Made by a program: the position numbers and the translations under genes
NCBI GenBank assembly: GCA_963776045.1
Contig: CAVZLE010000005.1
Span: forward strand, 541,599-605,598
From: an uncultured Solirubrobacterales bacterium
GTDB taxonomy: Bacteria; Actinomycetota; Thermoleophilia; Solirubrobacterales; 70-9
DNA length: 64,000 nucleotides
Direction of reading: 5' to 3'
The notes under the pieces: model-generated
The model's database searches: none
What the model was told of the DNA's origin: nothing
The model's input: the letters and a program-made list of their open reading frames with translations, nothing else
Part shown: positions 21,507-30,044 of the stretch, piece by piece
Numbering within the stretch: the stretch's first letter is position 1
Layout of the letters: each line of letters opens with the position of its first letter

Positions 21507-22778
21507 TCAGCCGGGGCCCGGGTCGACCGCAGGGAACTCCCCGGTCTCGGGGTCCGGCGTCTGGTACTCCCCCGTCTCGGGGTTGACGATCTCGAAGCTG
21601 CCCGTCTCCAGCTCGCGCTTGACGCCCTCGTCGACCACAGCCGGCGTCAGGCTGGGGCTCGCCCGCGAGCGCCGGAGCTTGAGGATCTCGAGCGTGACCA
21701 CGAGGTAGAAGCTGGTGGCGATGACAGCGGCGAAGCACAGGAGCATCACGACCGTCCAGAACGGGTCGAAGTTGCCGCGGTCGTCGCTGTAGGGCACGAA
21801 CCGGAGCGCCAGGGCCAGCATCGCCATCAGCCCGGTCCAGCCGTACAGGTACGCCAGTGTGCGCCGCTGGGAGAAGCCGATGTTCGCCATCCGGTGGTGG
21901 AAGTGCCAGCGATCGGCGCGGTAGATCGGCTGGCGGTACTTCACCCGCTTGGCGACCACGAAGCCGGTGTCGAGGATCGGCACGGCGAGGATGATCAGGG
22001 GAAAGAACAGCGCGACCACGGCATTCGTCTTCAGCGATCCCTGAATCGCGATCACGGCCAGCATGTAGCCGAGGAGGTTCGAGCCGGTGTCGCCCATGAA
22101 GCTCGACGCGGGTGGGAAACCGTGGCGCAGGAAGCCCAGCGCGCCGCCTGCGGTGAGGGCCGCGAGCACGCCGGCCGTCTCGCGGTCGAGCGACACCGCG
22201 ATGATCGAAAGGGTGGCGGCCGAGATCACGCACACGCCCGCCGCCAGCCCGTCGACGCCGTCGATGAAGTTGATGACGTTGATCGCGGCGATGATCCCGA
22301 TGATCGCCAGGAGCTCCCCCAGGTCCACCTGGCCCACCAGCGGCAGGTGGACCAGGTCGACGGAGGCCGGATCGACGCCGCCGATGAACGGGAGGGTGAA
22401 CGCGGTGAGCCGGACCCCGTTGAAGACGGCGATGGACGCCGCCAGCAGCTGGCCCAGGATCTTCGGCAGGGCGCCGAGGGTGACCACGTCGTCGACCACC
22501 CCCACCGCCGCGATCGTCGCCGCGCCGACCAGGATCCCCCGCGTCTCATCGCCCATCGGCATGAAGAGGATCGCCGAGACCAGGATTCCCACCAGGATCG
22601 CGAGCCCGCCCAGCTTCGGGGTGGGCGTCGTGTGCAGGCTGCGCTCGTTCGGGACGTCGATCGCGCCGATCTTCCTCGCGATCCTCTCCGCCACCGGCAC
22701 CAGCGTCCACGCGATCACCGCGGCCACCAGGAACGCGTAGAGCGCGAAGATCGGCTCCGGCCTGCCGTCTACGAGCAC
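21507..22778 (-). CDS. wecA: undecaprenyl-phosphate GlcNAc-1-phosphate transferase (WecA/Rfe, MraY-like GT4 family)
   Basis: Polytopic 423 aa with DVPNERSLHTTPTPKLGGLAI and NFIDGVDGLAAG motifs. GTG start with a GAGGG Shine-Dalgarno. Located just upstream of the atp operon, as rfe is in mycobacteria. Confidence 0.9.
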   Translation of the reverse strand: MLVDGRPEPIFALYAFLVAAVIAWTLVPVAERIARKIGAIDVPNERSLHTTPTPKLGGLAILVGILVSAILFMPMGDETRGILVGAATIAAVGVVDDVVTLGALPKILGQLLAASIAVFNGVRLTAFTLPFIGGVDPASVDLVHLPLVGQVDLGELLAIIGIIAAINVINFIDGVDGLAAGVCVISAATLSIIAVSLDRETAGVLAALTAGGALGFLRHGFPPASSFMGDTGSNLLGYMLAVIAIQGSLKTNAVVALFFPLIILAVPILDTGFVVAKRVKYRQPIYRADRWHFHHRMANIGFSQRRTLAYLYGWTGLMAMLALALRFVPYSDDRGNFDPFWTVVMLLCFAAVIATSFYLVVTLEILKLRRSRASPSLTPAVVDEGVKRELETGSFEIVNPETGEYQTPDPETGEFPAVDPGPG

Positions 22779-22791
22779 GCTGCCCTCACCC

Positions 22792-23799
22792 TCACGCCGC
22801 CGCCTTCAGGACCGCATCGGTCAGCACCCTTGCGTCGCGCGGGTTGCGCACCCCCGCGGGCTCGGTGCGCTTCACCAGCTCCAGGGTCTCGGGGTCACCG
22901 AGCTCGCGAAGGAGCCCCTCCTTCATCAGCTCCTCGTCGACCGCGCCCATCTCGCCGGCGAAGATCGTGTAGACGGGCGTGCCGAGGGCGACGGCCTCGC
23001 GGTTCATCGTGCCACCGGCGCTGACGACCAGGTCGGCGTAGGCGATCAGGCTCTGCGCGTCGATGGCACCTGCGGGCACGATCAAGGAAGGGTCATTCCG
23101 GGCGCGGACGGCGTCGCCCTGGCCGTCGGTGCGCGGGATCACCACGGCGGTGGCGTCCGGATCGGCCGCGATGCGGTCCAGCACCCCGTCGTAGAGCGGG
23201 TTGTCGGCGTGGTAGGCGGAGGTCTCCGGAGGCGGTCGCAACACGGCCAGCACCGGGCCGCGTTCGAGCCCGAGCTCGTCGAGCACCGCCGGGTCCGGCT
23301 TGAAGCCGGTGAGGTAGTAGTCCTCCTTGAGACCCGGATACCGGAAGAGCTTCGCGCGGGCGGCGCCGGCGCGCTCCATCGCCTCGACCGGGATCGCGTC
23401 GGGCGCCAGCACGACCTCGGCGGCCCGGAACGCCAGCTTGCGCTGAAGGCCCGCGTGCTCGTAGTCCTGCATCTGAGCCGACGGTATGCGAAGCAGGGTC
23501 GAGACCACCGCGAGGTCGACGGAGCCGTGGCCCAGCGCGAGGTCGAACTTCCGCCCGCGGGCCCAGCGGGTGAGCGCCGCGCTGCGGCGGGCGAGTGCGG
23601 TGCCCTTGGCCGCCATGGAAGCTCCGCCGTGGCGCCCGATGACGGTGTGCGGAATCCCAAGCCGGTCGAGCAGCCCGACGGTCTGCCCGTACTCGCGCGC
23701 GGTCACCTGAACCTCGTGCCCGTCCGCCTCGAGACACTCGATGATCGGCCGCAACACCAGGGGGTGAGCGGCAGCCGTCATGTCCACCCAGACGCGCAT
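22792..23799 (-). CDS. DUF354 domain protein (GT-B / 2-epimerase-like fold, function unknown)
   Basis: 335 aa. N-terminus MRVWVDMTAAAHPLVLRPIIECLEADGHEV matches the DUF354 pattern as I recall it (MKIWIDI.n.pHv.fF.pii.eL...GheV). C-terminal SAGGTMNREAA-like motif. Confidence 0.7.
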   Translation of the reverse strand: MRVWVDMTAAAHPLVLRPIIECLEADGHEVQVTAREYGQTVGLLDRLGIPHTVIGRHGGASMAAKGTALARRSAALTRWARGRKFDLALGHGSVDLAVVSTLLRIPSAQMQDYEHAGLQRKLAFRAAEVVLAPDAIPVEAMERAGAARAKLFRYPGLKEDYYLTGFKPDPAVLDELGLERGPVLAVLRPPPETSAYHADNPLYDGVLDRIAADPDATAVVIPRTDGQGDAVRARNDPSLIVPAGAIDAQSLIAYADLVVSAGGTMNREAVALGTPVYTIFAGEMGAVDEELMKEGLLRELGDPETLELVKRTEPAGVRNPRDARVLTDAVLKAAA

Positions 23800-23826
23800 T
23801 CGCGCCCGGGACTCTCTCAGGTCACG

Positions 23827-25107
23827 TCAGACGGTCGCGGCCGAGAGCTGCGGATACAGCGGGTAGCGGTCCATCAGCGCCTGCGTCCGCTCGCGCAGGG
23901 CGTCGCCCTCGGCCTCGAAACGGTCTGAGAGGGCGACGCCGATCACCGAGGCGATCTCGCGCATGTCGTCCTCGGTCATGCCACGGGTGGTGAGGGCCGG
24001 CGTGCCGATCCGAAGGCCCGACGGATTCATCGGCGGGCGCTCGTCGAAGGGGATCGCGTTTCGGTTGACCGTGATGCCCACCTCATCGAGGCGGTCCTCG
24101 GCGGCCTTGCCGTCAAGCCCGGTCGGAGTGAGGTCCACCAGGACGAGGTGCACGTCGGTGCCGCCCGTGAGGACGTCGACGCCCTCGGCGATCAGCTGCT
24201 CGCCGAACGCCTTCGCGTTGGCGACGGTCTGCCGCTGGCGGGCACGGAACGGATCGGAGTTGGCGATCCGAAGCGCCACGGCCTTCGCGGCGATGATGTG
24301 CATCAGCGGCCCGCCCTGCTGACCGGGGAAGATCGACCGGTCGACGTCCTTGGCCAGCTCCTCCCGGCAGAGGATCATGCCGCTGCGAGGGCCGCCCAGG
24401 GTCTTGTGGATGGTCGTCGTGACGACGTCCGCGTGCGGCACCGGGCTGGGGTGCTCGTCCGCGGCGACCAGGCCCGCGAAGTGCGCCATGTCCACCATCA
24501 GCTTCGCCCCGACCGAGTCGGCGATCTCGCGGAAGGCCGCGAAGTCGAGGTGGCGGGAGTAGGCGGACCAGCCGGCGACGATCACCTTTGGCTTGTGCTC
24601 GCTCGCGAGGCGCTCGACCTCCTCCATGTCGACGCGCAGGTCCTCCCTGCGCACGTGGTAGGCGACGACGTTGTAGAGCTTCCCCGAGACGTTGAGCTTC
24701 ATCCCGTGCGTGAGGTGCCCGCCGTGGTCGAGGGCAAGCCCGAGGATCGTGTCGCCGGGCTCGAGCAGCGCCATGTACGCCGCGTTGTTGGCCTGCGCGC
24801 CGGCATGAGGCTGGACGTTGGCGTGCTCGGCTCCGAAGAGCTCGAGCGCGCGGTCGATCGCGAGCTGCTCCGCGTCGTCGACATCCTCGCAGCCGCCGTA
24901 GTAGCGGCGGCCGGGATAGCCCTCCGCGTACTTGTTGGTGAGGACCGAGCCCGCCGCGTCGAGCACGGCCTGCGGCACGAAGTTCTCAGAGGCGATCATC
25001 TCCAGCGTCGTCTGCTGGCGATGGAGCTCGCGATCGAGGACCCGGGCGATGTCGGGGTCTACCTCCGCGAGGGGGGCGGTCTGGAAGTCGTCGGGCAGGT
25101 CGGTCAA
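23827..25107 (-). CDS. glyA: serine hydroxymethyltransferase
   Basis: 426 aa with [21 protein letters not shown] and the [15 protein letters not shown]-lysine motif. TTG start. Confidence 0.95.
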   Translation of the reverse strand: MTDLPDDFQTAPLAEVDPDIARVLDRELHRQQTTLEMIASENFVPQAVLDAAGSVLTNKYAEGYPGRRYYGGCEDVDDAEQLAIDRALELFGAEHANVQPHAGAQANNAAYMALLEPGDTILGLALDHGGHLTHGMKLNVSGKLYNVVAYHVRREDLRVDMEEVERLASEHKPKVIVAGWSAYSRHLDFAAFREIADSVGAKLMVDMAHFAGLVAADEHPSPVPHADVVTTTIHKTLGGPRSGMILCREELAKDVDRSIFPGQQGGPLMHIIAAKAVALRIANSDPFRARQRQTVANAKAFGEQLIAEGVDVLTGGTDVHLVLVDLTPTGLDGKAAEDRLDEVGITVNRNAIPFDERPPMNPSGLRIGTPALTTRGMTEDDMREIASVIGVALSDRFEAEGDALRERTQALMDRYPLYPQLSAATV

Positions 25108-25301
25108 TTCACATCACTCCGGGTCGTTCTTGGGCGGCGGTTCTAGGGTGACACACACCGCGGCGTGGATCCCCCTCCGAATCCGCGCGAAGGTGACCCC
25201 ACGGCGCGAGGGTTGCGGGATTGACCACGCTATTCGTGGTCAGATCCACAACCTTGGCGGATGCAGTCTGCAGGGCCGCCGAGCGATAGCTAGCCGGACA
25301 C

Positions 25302-25330
25302 TTGACAATTCTTGATCGATCGGTTAACAA
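25302..25330 (+). promoter_or_regulatory. candidate sigma70-type promoter for the R2-like/TetR operon
   Basis: TTGACA (25302-25307), a 17-nt spacer, then TAACAA (25325-25330), in the only AT-rich patch of the 244-nt divergent intergenic region. A GAGGAGG Shine-Dalgarno precedes ATG 25373. Confidence 0.4.
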
Positions 25331-25372
25331 TTACCGGGCAACCGCGATCCCGTGCCTGAGGAGGCCCCCGGA

Positions 25373-26335
25373 ATGACCGAGAACGGCAGCACCACCAACG
25401 GCGAAGTCGAGTCCGAGGACGAGGCGCTCAGCGTCCTGCTCGACGGCGACATCGACAAGGTCATGGCCGGCCTCGACCGAATCGTGGAGGCCGCCCCCTC
25501 CTACGAGAAGCTGATCATGCGCTGGCAGCGCCAGCACTGGTCCACCGAGGACTTCGACTTCACCGAGGACAGGCGCCAGTGGGAGGACCCGGACACGTTC
25601 ACCGAGGAGGAGCGCAAGTTCCTGGCCTTCGGCTTCTCGGAGTTCTTCATCGCCGAGGACCGGGTGACGGTCGAGCTCCTCCCCTTCGCGATCGCGGCTC
25701 CGCAGAAGGAGGCGCAGCTCTTCCTCACCACACAGATCTCCGACGAGGCCAAGCACGTGGTCTTCTGGGACCGCTTCTACCGTGAGGTCTTCGACTCGGA
25801 CGCCGACGGGATCGCCGAGCAACTCGACCAGCACCGCTACGTCGTCAACAAGGACTGGGAGACGATGTTCGACGACATCCTCCACGAGGCCGCGGAGACG
25901 CTGCGGAAGGACCCGAGCGATTTCGAGGCCCTGGTCCGCGGCGTGACCGTGTACATGATCGTGATCGAGGGCATGCTCGCGCTCACCGCCGCCAGGTTCA
26001 TGATCCGATCGCTCAAGGACAACGGCTGGTTCCCCGGCTTCGTCCAGGGCTTCACGGCCGTGAACCGCGACGAGTCGCGCCACGTCGGGTTCGGTGTGAA
26101 GTTCCTGGCCGACGCGATCAAGGCGGACAGGAAGAACGCCAAGGTGGTCGAGGCGACGCTGAAGGAGTGCCTGCCGGTCGCGCCGCTCGTGTTCGTGCCG
26201 CCGTGGGTGGACGACCCGTACGACTTCCAGACGCCCTTCTACCACTCGTCGGAGATCTTCGAGTACGCCGCAAAGTCGCTCTCGAAGAAGCTGGCCGCCA
26301 TGGGCCTCGACCCGGCGATGCTGGCCCCCGCTTGA
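25373..26335 (+). CDS. ferritin-like diiron protein, ribonucleotide reductase R2-like (R2lox/R2c-type, no radical Tyr)
   Basis: Ligand pattern E (FFIAE), then ExxH (EAKH) 30 residues later, E (VIEGM), then ExxH (ESRH) 35 residues later. The position H+4 after the first ExxH is Trp rather than Tyr. Confidence 0.75.
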   Translation: MTENGSTTNGEVESEDEALSVLLDGDIDKVMAGLDRIVEAAPSYEKLIMRWQRQHWSTEDFDFTEDRRQWEDPDTFTEEERKFLAFGFSEFFIAEDRVTVELLPFAIAAPQKEAQLFLTTQISDEAKHVVFWDRFYREVFDSDADGIAEQLDQHRYVVNKDWETMFDDILHEAAETLRKDPSDFEALVRGVTVYMIVIEGMLALTAARFMIRSLKDNGWFPGFVQGFTAVNRDESRHVGFGVKFLADAIKADRKNAKVVEATLKECLPVAPLVFVPPWVDDPYDFQTPFYHSSEIFEYAAKSLSKKLAAMGLDPAMLAPA

Positions 26336-26916
26336 GCTCACCGGCACCCGCTCCCACCCGCCGCGGGCGTCCATCCACGGGCGCCCGCGAGCGGATCCTC
26401 GAGGCGTGTCTCGAGGTCCTGAAGGAGGAGGGCTACGCGGGGCTGTCGATCGCCAAGGTCGCCGCGCAAGCCGGTGAGAACAAGGCCCTGATCGCGTACC
26501 ACTTCGGCTCCAAGCAGGGCCTGATCGCGGCGGCCGGCCGCCAGCTGGGCGAGGGGATCAGCGAGGACATCCTCGGCGGGCTGAGCGAGGCGGCCTCGAC
26601 CGAGGAGGTGATCCGGGGCGCAGCCGACGGCCTGTGGGCACTGATGGACCGGGACGAGCGTCTCCCCCGGGTCTACTTCGACCTCAACGCCGTCTCGGTG
26701 GTGGAGGACGACGTCCGCGACGTGATGCGCGAGATCAAGGCGGGCTGGCGGCGGGTGCTCACCGACCTGCTCGGCGAGCCCGACGAGACCGCTGCGGTGC
26801 TGATCATCGCCGGCCTCGAGGGCCTCACGCTCGAGCGGATCGAGCGCGGCGACACGGATGAGGTCCGGCGGGCGCGCGAGCTGTTCATCCGCGCCGCCTC
26901 CGCCCAGCTCAGCTAG
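26332..26916 (+). CDS. TetR/AcrR family transcriptional regulator
   Basis: HTH region RERILEACLEVLKEEGYAGLSIAKVAAQAGENKALIAYHFGSKQGL. The proposed TTG start overlaps the R2-like stop (TTGA); the start is uncertain. Confidence 0.8.
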   Translation: MSSPAPAPTRRGRPSTGARERILEACLEVLKEEGYAGLSIAKVAAQAGENKALIAYHFGSKQGLIAAAGRQLGEGISEDILGGLSEAASTEEVIRGAADGLWALMDRDERLPRVYFDLNAVSVVEDDVRDVMREIKAGWRRVLTDLLGEPDETAAVLIIAGLEGLTLERIERGDTDEVRRARELFIRAASAQLS

Positions 26917-26925
26917 GCGCGGCGC

Positions 26926-27321
26926 TCACCACTCGTAGACGAGGTGGAACGGCTTCTCGCGCCGTGCCCACTCCTCGCCCGCGAGCGACCACGAGGCGTG
27001 GAAGCGGCCGGACATGCGGTTGTGGCCCCGCCACTGGTGCTCGGAGTTCCTGACGATCAGCACGTAGCCGTTCTCGCCGCTCAGCCAGTCGAGGTCGCGA
27101 AGGCACTCGTCGAGCGCGTCCCAGTTGTTCCCGAAGTAGTCGGGGAAGCGGAAGGCGCCGGCGACGGCCTGGAAGAGCTCCTCCTCGGTGTGCACCGCAC
27201 CACCGCCGATGTCGGCGACGAAGAGGCCCTGTCCGGACAGCTCCGCCGAGGGGGGCGCCTTGTCCGTGAAGTGGATGCAGGTGTGGCTCGGGGCGGCGAG
27301 CTGCGCGGCGGTGACGGTCAC
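26926..27321 (-). CDS. barstar-family ribonuclease inhibitor
   Basis: FRFPDYFGNNWDALDECLRDLDW matches the barstar core (FPEYFGENWDALWDCL). ATGA overlap with the upstream RNase gene. Confidence 0.85.
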   Translation of the reverse strand: MTVTAAQLAAPSHTCIHFTDKAPPSAELSGQGLFVADIGGGAVHTEEELFQAVAGAFRFPDYFGNNWDALDECLRDLDWLSGENGYVLIVRNSEHQWRGHNRMSGRFHASWSLAGEEWARREKPFHLVYEW

Positions 27322-27785
27322 TTGAAGTCCTCCGGTTCGATCTGCTCGAACGACGCGTAGTGGTCGCTCGTGTAATAGGTCTCGCCCCCCTCACCGATGA
27401 CCAGGCGGCGGGCGCCGCGGTCATCGGAGCCCGGGGTGGGCACCGTGTACTCCCTGTAGTAGCCGATGGGCTCATCGGGGAGGAGGCCCTCGCGGTTCTG
27501 GAAGGTCGCGCCGTCCTGCTCGTAGGGGAGCGGCGCGCCGGAATCGATGTCGGCGAGGACGGCGGCGACGGCCGCGCGCTCGGCCTCCGGGACCAGATCC
27601 GCGGTGGAGCCGGATCCCTCGGCGCCCGAGGCGCCGGTGGCCCCCGTGGCCGTGGCGGTCGATCCGGCCGTGGAGGCGAGGCCCTGGGTCTCGGACTCGT
27701 CGTCCCCGCATCCGGCGAAGAGCAGCGCGGCGCCAAGCGCCAGCGCCGCGAGTGCGCGCGCGGGAGGGCTAGCTCGTCTCGCCAC
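27318..27785 (-). CDS. secreted guanyl-specific ribonuclease (RNase Sa/barnase N1/T1 family), predicted lipoprotein
   Basis: PLPYEQDGATFQNREGLLP...GYYREYTVPTPG...RGARRLVIG...YYTSDHYASFEQI aligns with RNase Sa, including the catalytic Glu, Arg and His. Lipobox LLFAGC. The start is GTG 27785 or 27830. Confidence 0.88.
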   Translation of the reverse strand: MARRASPPARALAALALGAALLFAGCGDDESETQGLASTAGSTATATGATGASGAEGSGSTADLVPEAERAAVAAVLADIDSGAPLPYEQDGATFQNREGLLPDEPIGYYREYTVPTPGSDDRGARRLVIGEGGETYYTSDHYASFEQIEPEDFK

Positions 27786-28218
27786 GCTCGACCGCGGCGA
27801 TCTGATCGACGCGGCGTTGGTGACGCCCACCCTCGAACTCGGTCCCGAGAAAGCGCTCGATGATCGCGGGGGCCTCGCCCGAATCCAGGCGCCGGCCGGC
27901 GAGGGCGAGGACGTTGGCGTCGTTGTGACGGCGGCTCATCTCGGCCTCCTCGGCGTCATGCGCGTTCACGGCGCGGACGCCGTCGACTTTGTTGGCGACG
28001 ATCGAGACGCCGACGCCGGAGCCGCATACGAGCACGGCGCGGTCGGCCTCGCCACCTCCGACCAAGCGGGCCGCCTCGGCGGCGTGAAGCGGGTAGTCCG
28101 TGGACTCCTCCGAATCGGTCCCAACGTCCACGACCTCGTGGCCCGCGCCCTCGAGCAACGGCACGACCTGCTCCTTCAGGGCGTATCCGGCGTGGTCCGA
28201 TCCGACGGCAATCCGCAT
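27769..28218 (-). CDS. rpiB: ribose-5-phosphate isomerase B
   Basis: MRIAVGSDHAGYALKE..., LVCGSGVGVSIVANK, 149 aa. Confidence 0.93.
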   Translation of the reverse strand: MRIAVGSDHAGYALKEQVVPLLEGAGHEVVDVGTDSEESTDYPLHAAEAARLVGGGEADRAVLVCGSGVGVSIVANKVDGVRAVNAHDAEEAEMSRRHNDANVLALAGRRLDSGEAPAIIERFLGTEFEGGRHQRRVDQIAAVERGETS

Positions 28219-28241
28219 CCCGGGCGAGGATACTGACGGGG

Positions 28242-28634
28242 ATGGCGACTCCCAGCGAGCTATCCCAAGGCGCGTTCGACGCTCTTGCGGAGGGTGGCGT
28301 CGAGGCGATGCTCGCCTACGTCGATCCCGACTTCGAGATGGAGACCCTCCCGGGCATCGCCGCGGAGCCGCAGGTCTACCGCGGCCACGATGGCCTTCGG
28401 AAGTGGTTCAGCTCGTTCTACGAGGTGATGGACGAGATCGTGATCCGGCCGACGGAGGTGAGGGACCTGGGGGCCGAACGGGCTCTGGTGCTGTTCAAGA
28501 TGCGGGCAACGGGGAAGGCGTCGGGGATCGAGGTCGAGCAGGAGGCTGCCGCCGTCGCGACGCTCCGAAACGAGAAGCTCGTCAGCCTGGAGTTCCTGCA
28601 GCCCGGAGAGCCGTATCCAGCGCCTGAGAGCTGA
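28242..28634 (+). CDS. SnoaL-like / NTF2-fold protein
   Basis: 130 aa with good G/C third-position bias and a typical NTF2-like pattern (YRGHDGLRKWFSSFYEVMDEI...). Confidence 0.6.
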   Translation: MATPSELSQGAFDALAEGGVEAMLAYVDPDFEMETLPGIAAEPQVYRGHDGLRKWFSSFYEVMDEIVIRPTEVRDLGAERALVLFKMRATGKASGIEVEQEAAAVATLRNEKLVSLEFLQPGEPYPAPES

Positions 28635-29187
28635 GGGCGCCCTCGCGGAGCACCGTCCACTCGCCCTCCTCGATGCGGGTGAGATCAACGACGGTGGAGG
28701 GCTCGCCGCCCACCTCGCCCCCGTCCACGACCAGGTCGACGCCGCCCCGGATCTCCTCGTCGACGTCATCCAGGCGGTGGGGCGCGGTCTCGCCGCTGCG
28801 GTTGGCGCTCGTCTGGAGGATCGCCACCCGGGCGCCGGCGAGCGGGCCCTCGATCAGCCGGATGCCCAGGCGCTCACGATCCTCCCGGCAGGCGTTGGGA
28901 TAGAGCCCGCGCGGGTTCGCGACCACCAGGGTGACCGGGCCCGGGAGCAGCCGGCCGATCGCGTCCCGGGTAGCCGGGCCTGACATCGAAAGGACCTCGC
29001 GCAGCTCCAGCGGCGCGAAGAACATCACGGCCGACGGCTTGCCGTCGTCGCGCCCCTTGAGGGCGTGGATCCGGTCGATCGCCGTCGCGTTCGACGGATC
29101 GCACGCCAGCCCGTAGAGCGTGTCGGCCGGAAAGAGCGCCACCCCGCCCTCGCTGATGCACGCCTCGAAGTCGGCCACCGTGCTCAT
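28582..29187 (-). CDS. tsaC: L-threonylcarbamoyladenylate synthase (TsaC/Sua5/YrdC family)
   Basis: FPADTLYGLACDP, IHALKGRDDGKP, SANRSGE and STVVDLT motifs. ATGA overlap with prmC. Confidence 0.88.
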   Translation of the reverse strand: MSTVADFEACISEGGVALFPADTLYGLACDPSNATAIDRIHALKGRDDGKPSAVMFFAPLELREVLSMSGPATRDAIGRLLPGPVTLVVANPRGLYPNACREDRERLGIRLIEGPLAGARVAILQTSANRSGETAPHRLDDVDEEIRGGVDLVVDGGEVGGEPSTVVDLTRIEEGEWTVLREGALSSQALDTALRAAGTPG

Positions 29188-30044
29188 GGGAGGCCGAGGA
29201 CAACGCGCTCGATCCCGGCGAGGTCGCGGCGAGCCTCGACGCGCTCGAACCCGGCTCGGCGAACCAACTCGGCCACTGCGTCGGCCTGACCCATCCCGAG
29301 CTCAAGCGCGATCGCGCCGATCCGCCCCTCCGCCACCGACACGTCGCCGAGCAGGCGCTCGATCGACTCCAGCCCGGTCGGGCCCGCGACCAGCGCGCCG
29401 CGGGGCTCCCACTTCGTGATCTCGGGCTCCAGCCCCTCCCACTCCGCCTCACTCACGTACGGAAGATTCGCGACCAGCAGATCCCAGTTGCCGTTGACTG
29501 GGCTCTCGGCCCGGCTACCGCCGGATTCAGCGCCCACTGTCTCTAACTCCACGTCGAGCTCGAGGGCTGCGGCGTTGAAGCGGGCGACCTCGATCGCGCC
29601 GGCGGCCGTGTCGACCCCTGCCACTGCCACGTCCCGCAATTCACTGGCCACGGCCAGCGCGATGGCGCCGGAGCCCGTACCGACGTCGAGCACCGTGCTC
29701 GGACGCAGCTCAAGCGCCACCTCCACCAGCAGCTCGGTTTCCGGCCGGGGGATCAGCACGCGGCTGTCCACGCGCAGCTCGAGATGCCGGAACCCCTTGC
29801 GGCCGAGGATGTAGGCAACCGGCTCCCGGGCCACCCGGCGGCGGACCATCGCGCCGAAGGCTCGGGCCTGCGCCCCGTCCACCCCGCTCTCGGGCGCGGC
29901 CGCGAGCGTGGCGCGCCCGGCGCCCATGGCATGGGCCAGCAGCAGCTCGGCATCGAGGCGGGGATCCTCCACGCCGGCGGCGGCGAGCGCGTCGGTGGCG
30001 GCCCCGAGCGCGTCGCGCACGGTGCCCGCGATCGCCGGGCTCAT
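29184..30044 (-). CDS. prmC: peptide chain release factor N5-glutamine methyltransferase
   Basis: SAM motif VLDVGTGSGAIAL and LVANLPYV (NPPY-type). The start overlaps the prfA stop. Confidence 0.9.
   Translation of the reverse strand: MSPAIAGTVRDALGAATDALAAAGVEDPRLDAELLLAHAMGAGRATLAAAPESGVDGAQARAFGAMVRRRVAREPVAYILGRKGFRHLELRVDSRVLIPRPETELLVEVALELRPSTVLDVGTGSGAIALAVASELRDVAVAGVDTAAGAIEVARFNAAALELDVELETVGAESGGSRAESPVNGNWDLLVANLPYVSEAEWEGLEPEITKWEPRGALVAGPTGLESIERLLGDVSVAEGRIGAIALELGMGQADAVAELVRRAGFERVEARRDLAGIERVVLGLP

Noticed and set aside
25108-25301. Possible riboswitch (ZTP/pfl, THF or glycine) in the roughly 200-nt leader upstream of glyA, which contains hairpins such as CTGACCACGaataGCGTGGTCA.
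   Set aside because: Reading the minus strand, I could not find the conserved cores I remember for ZTP (GGGUCGUGACUGGCG ... CCGCCUGGGCA), glycine (ACCGAAGGGGCA) or THF elements. A covariance-model scan (Rfam/Infernal) would be the decisive test.
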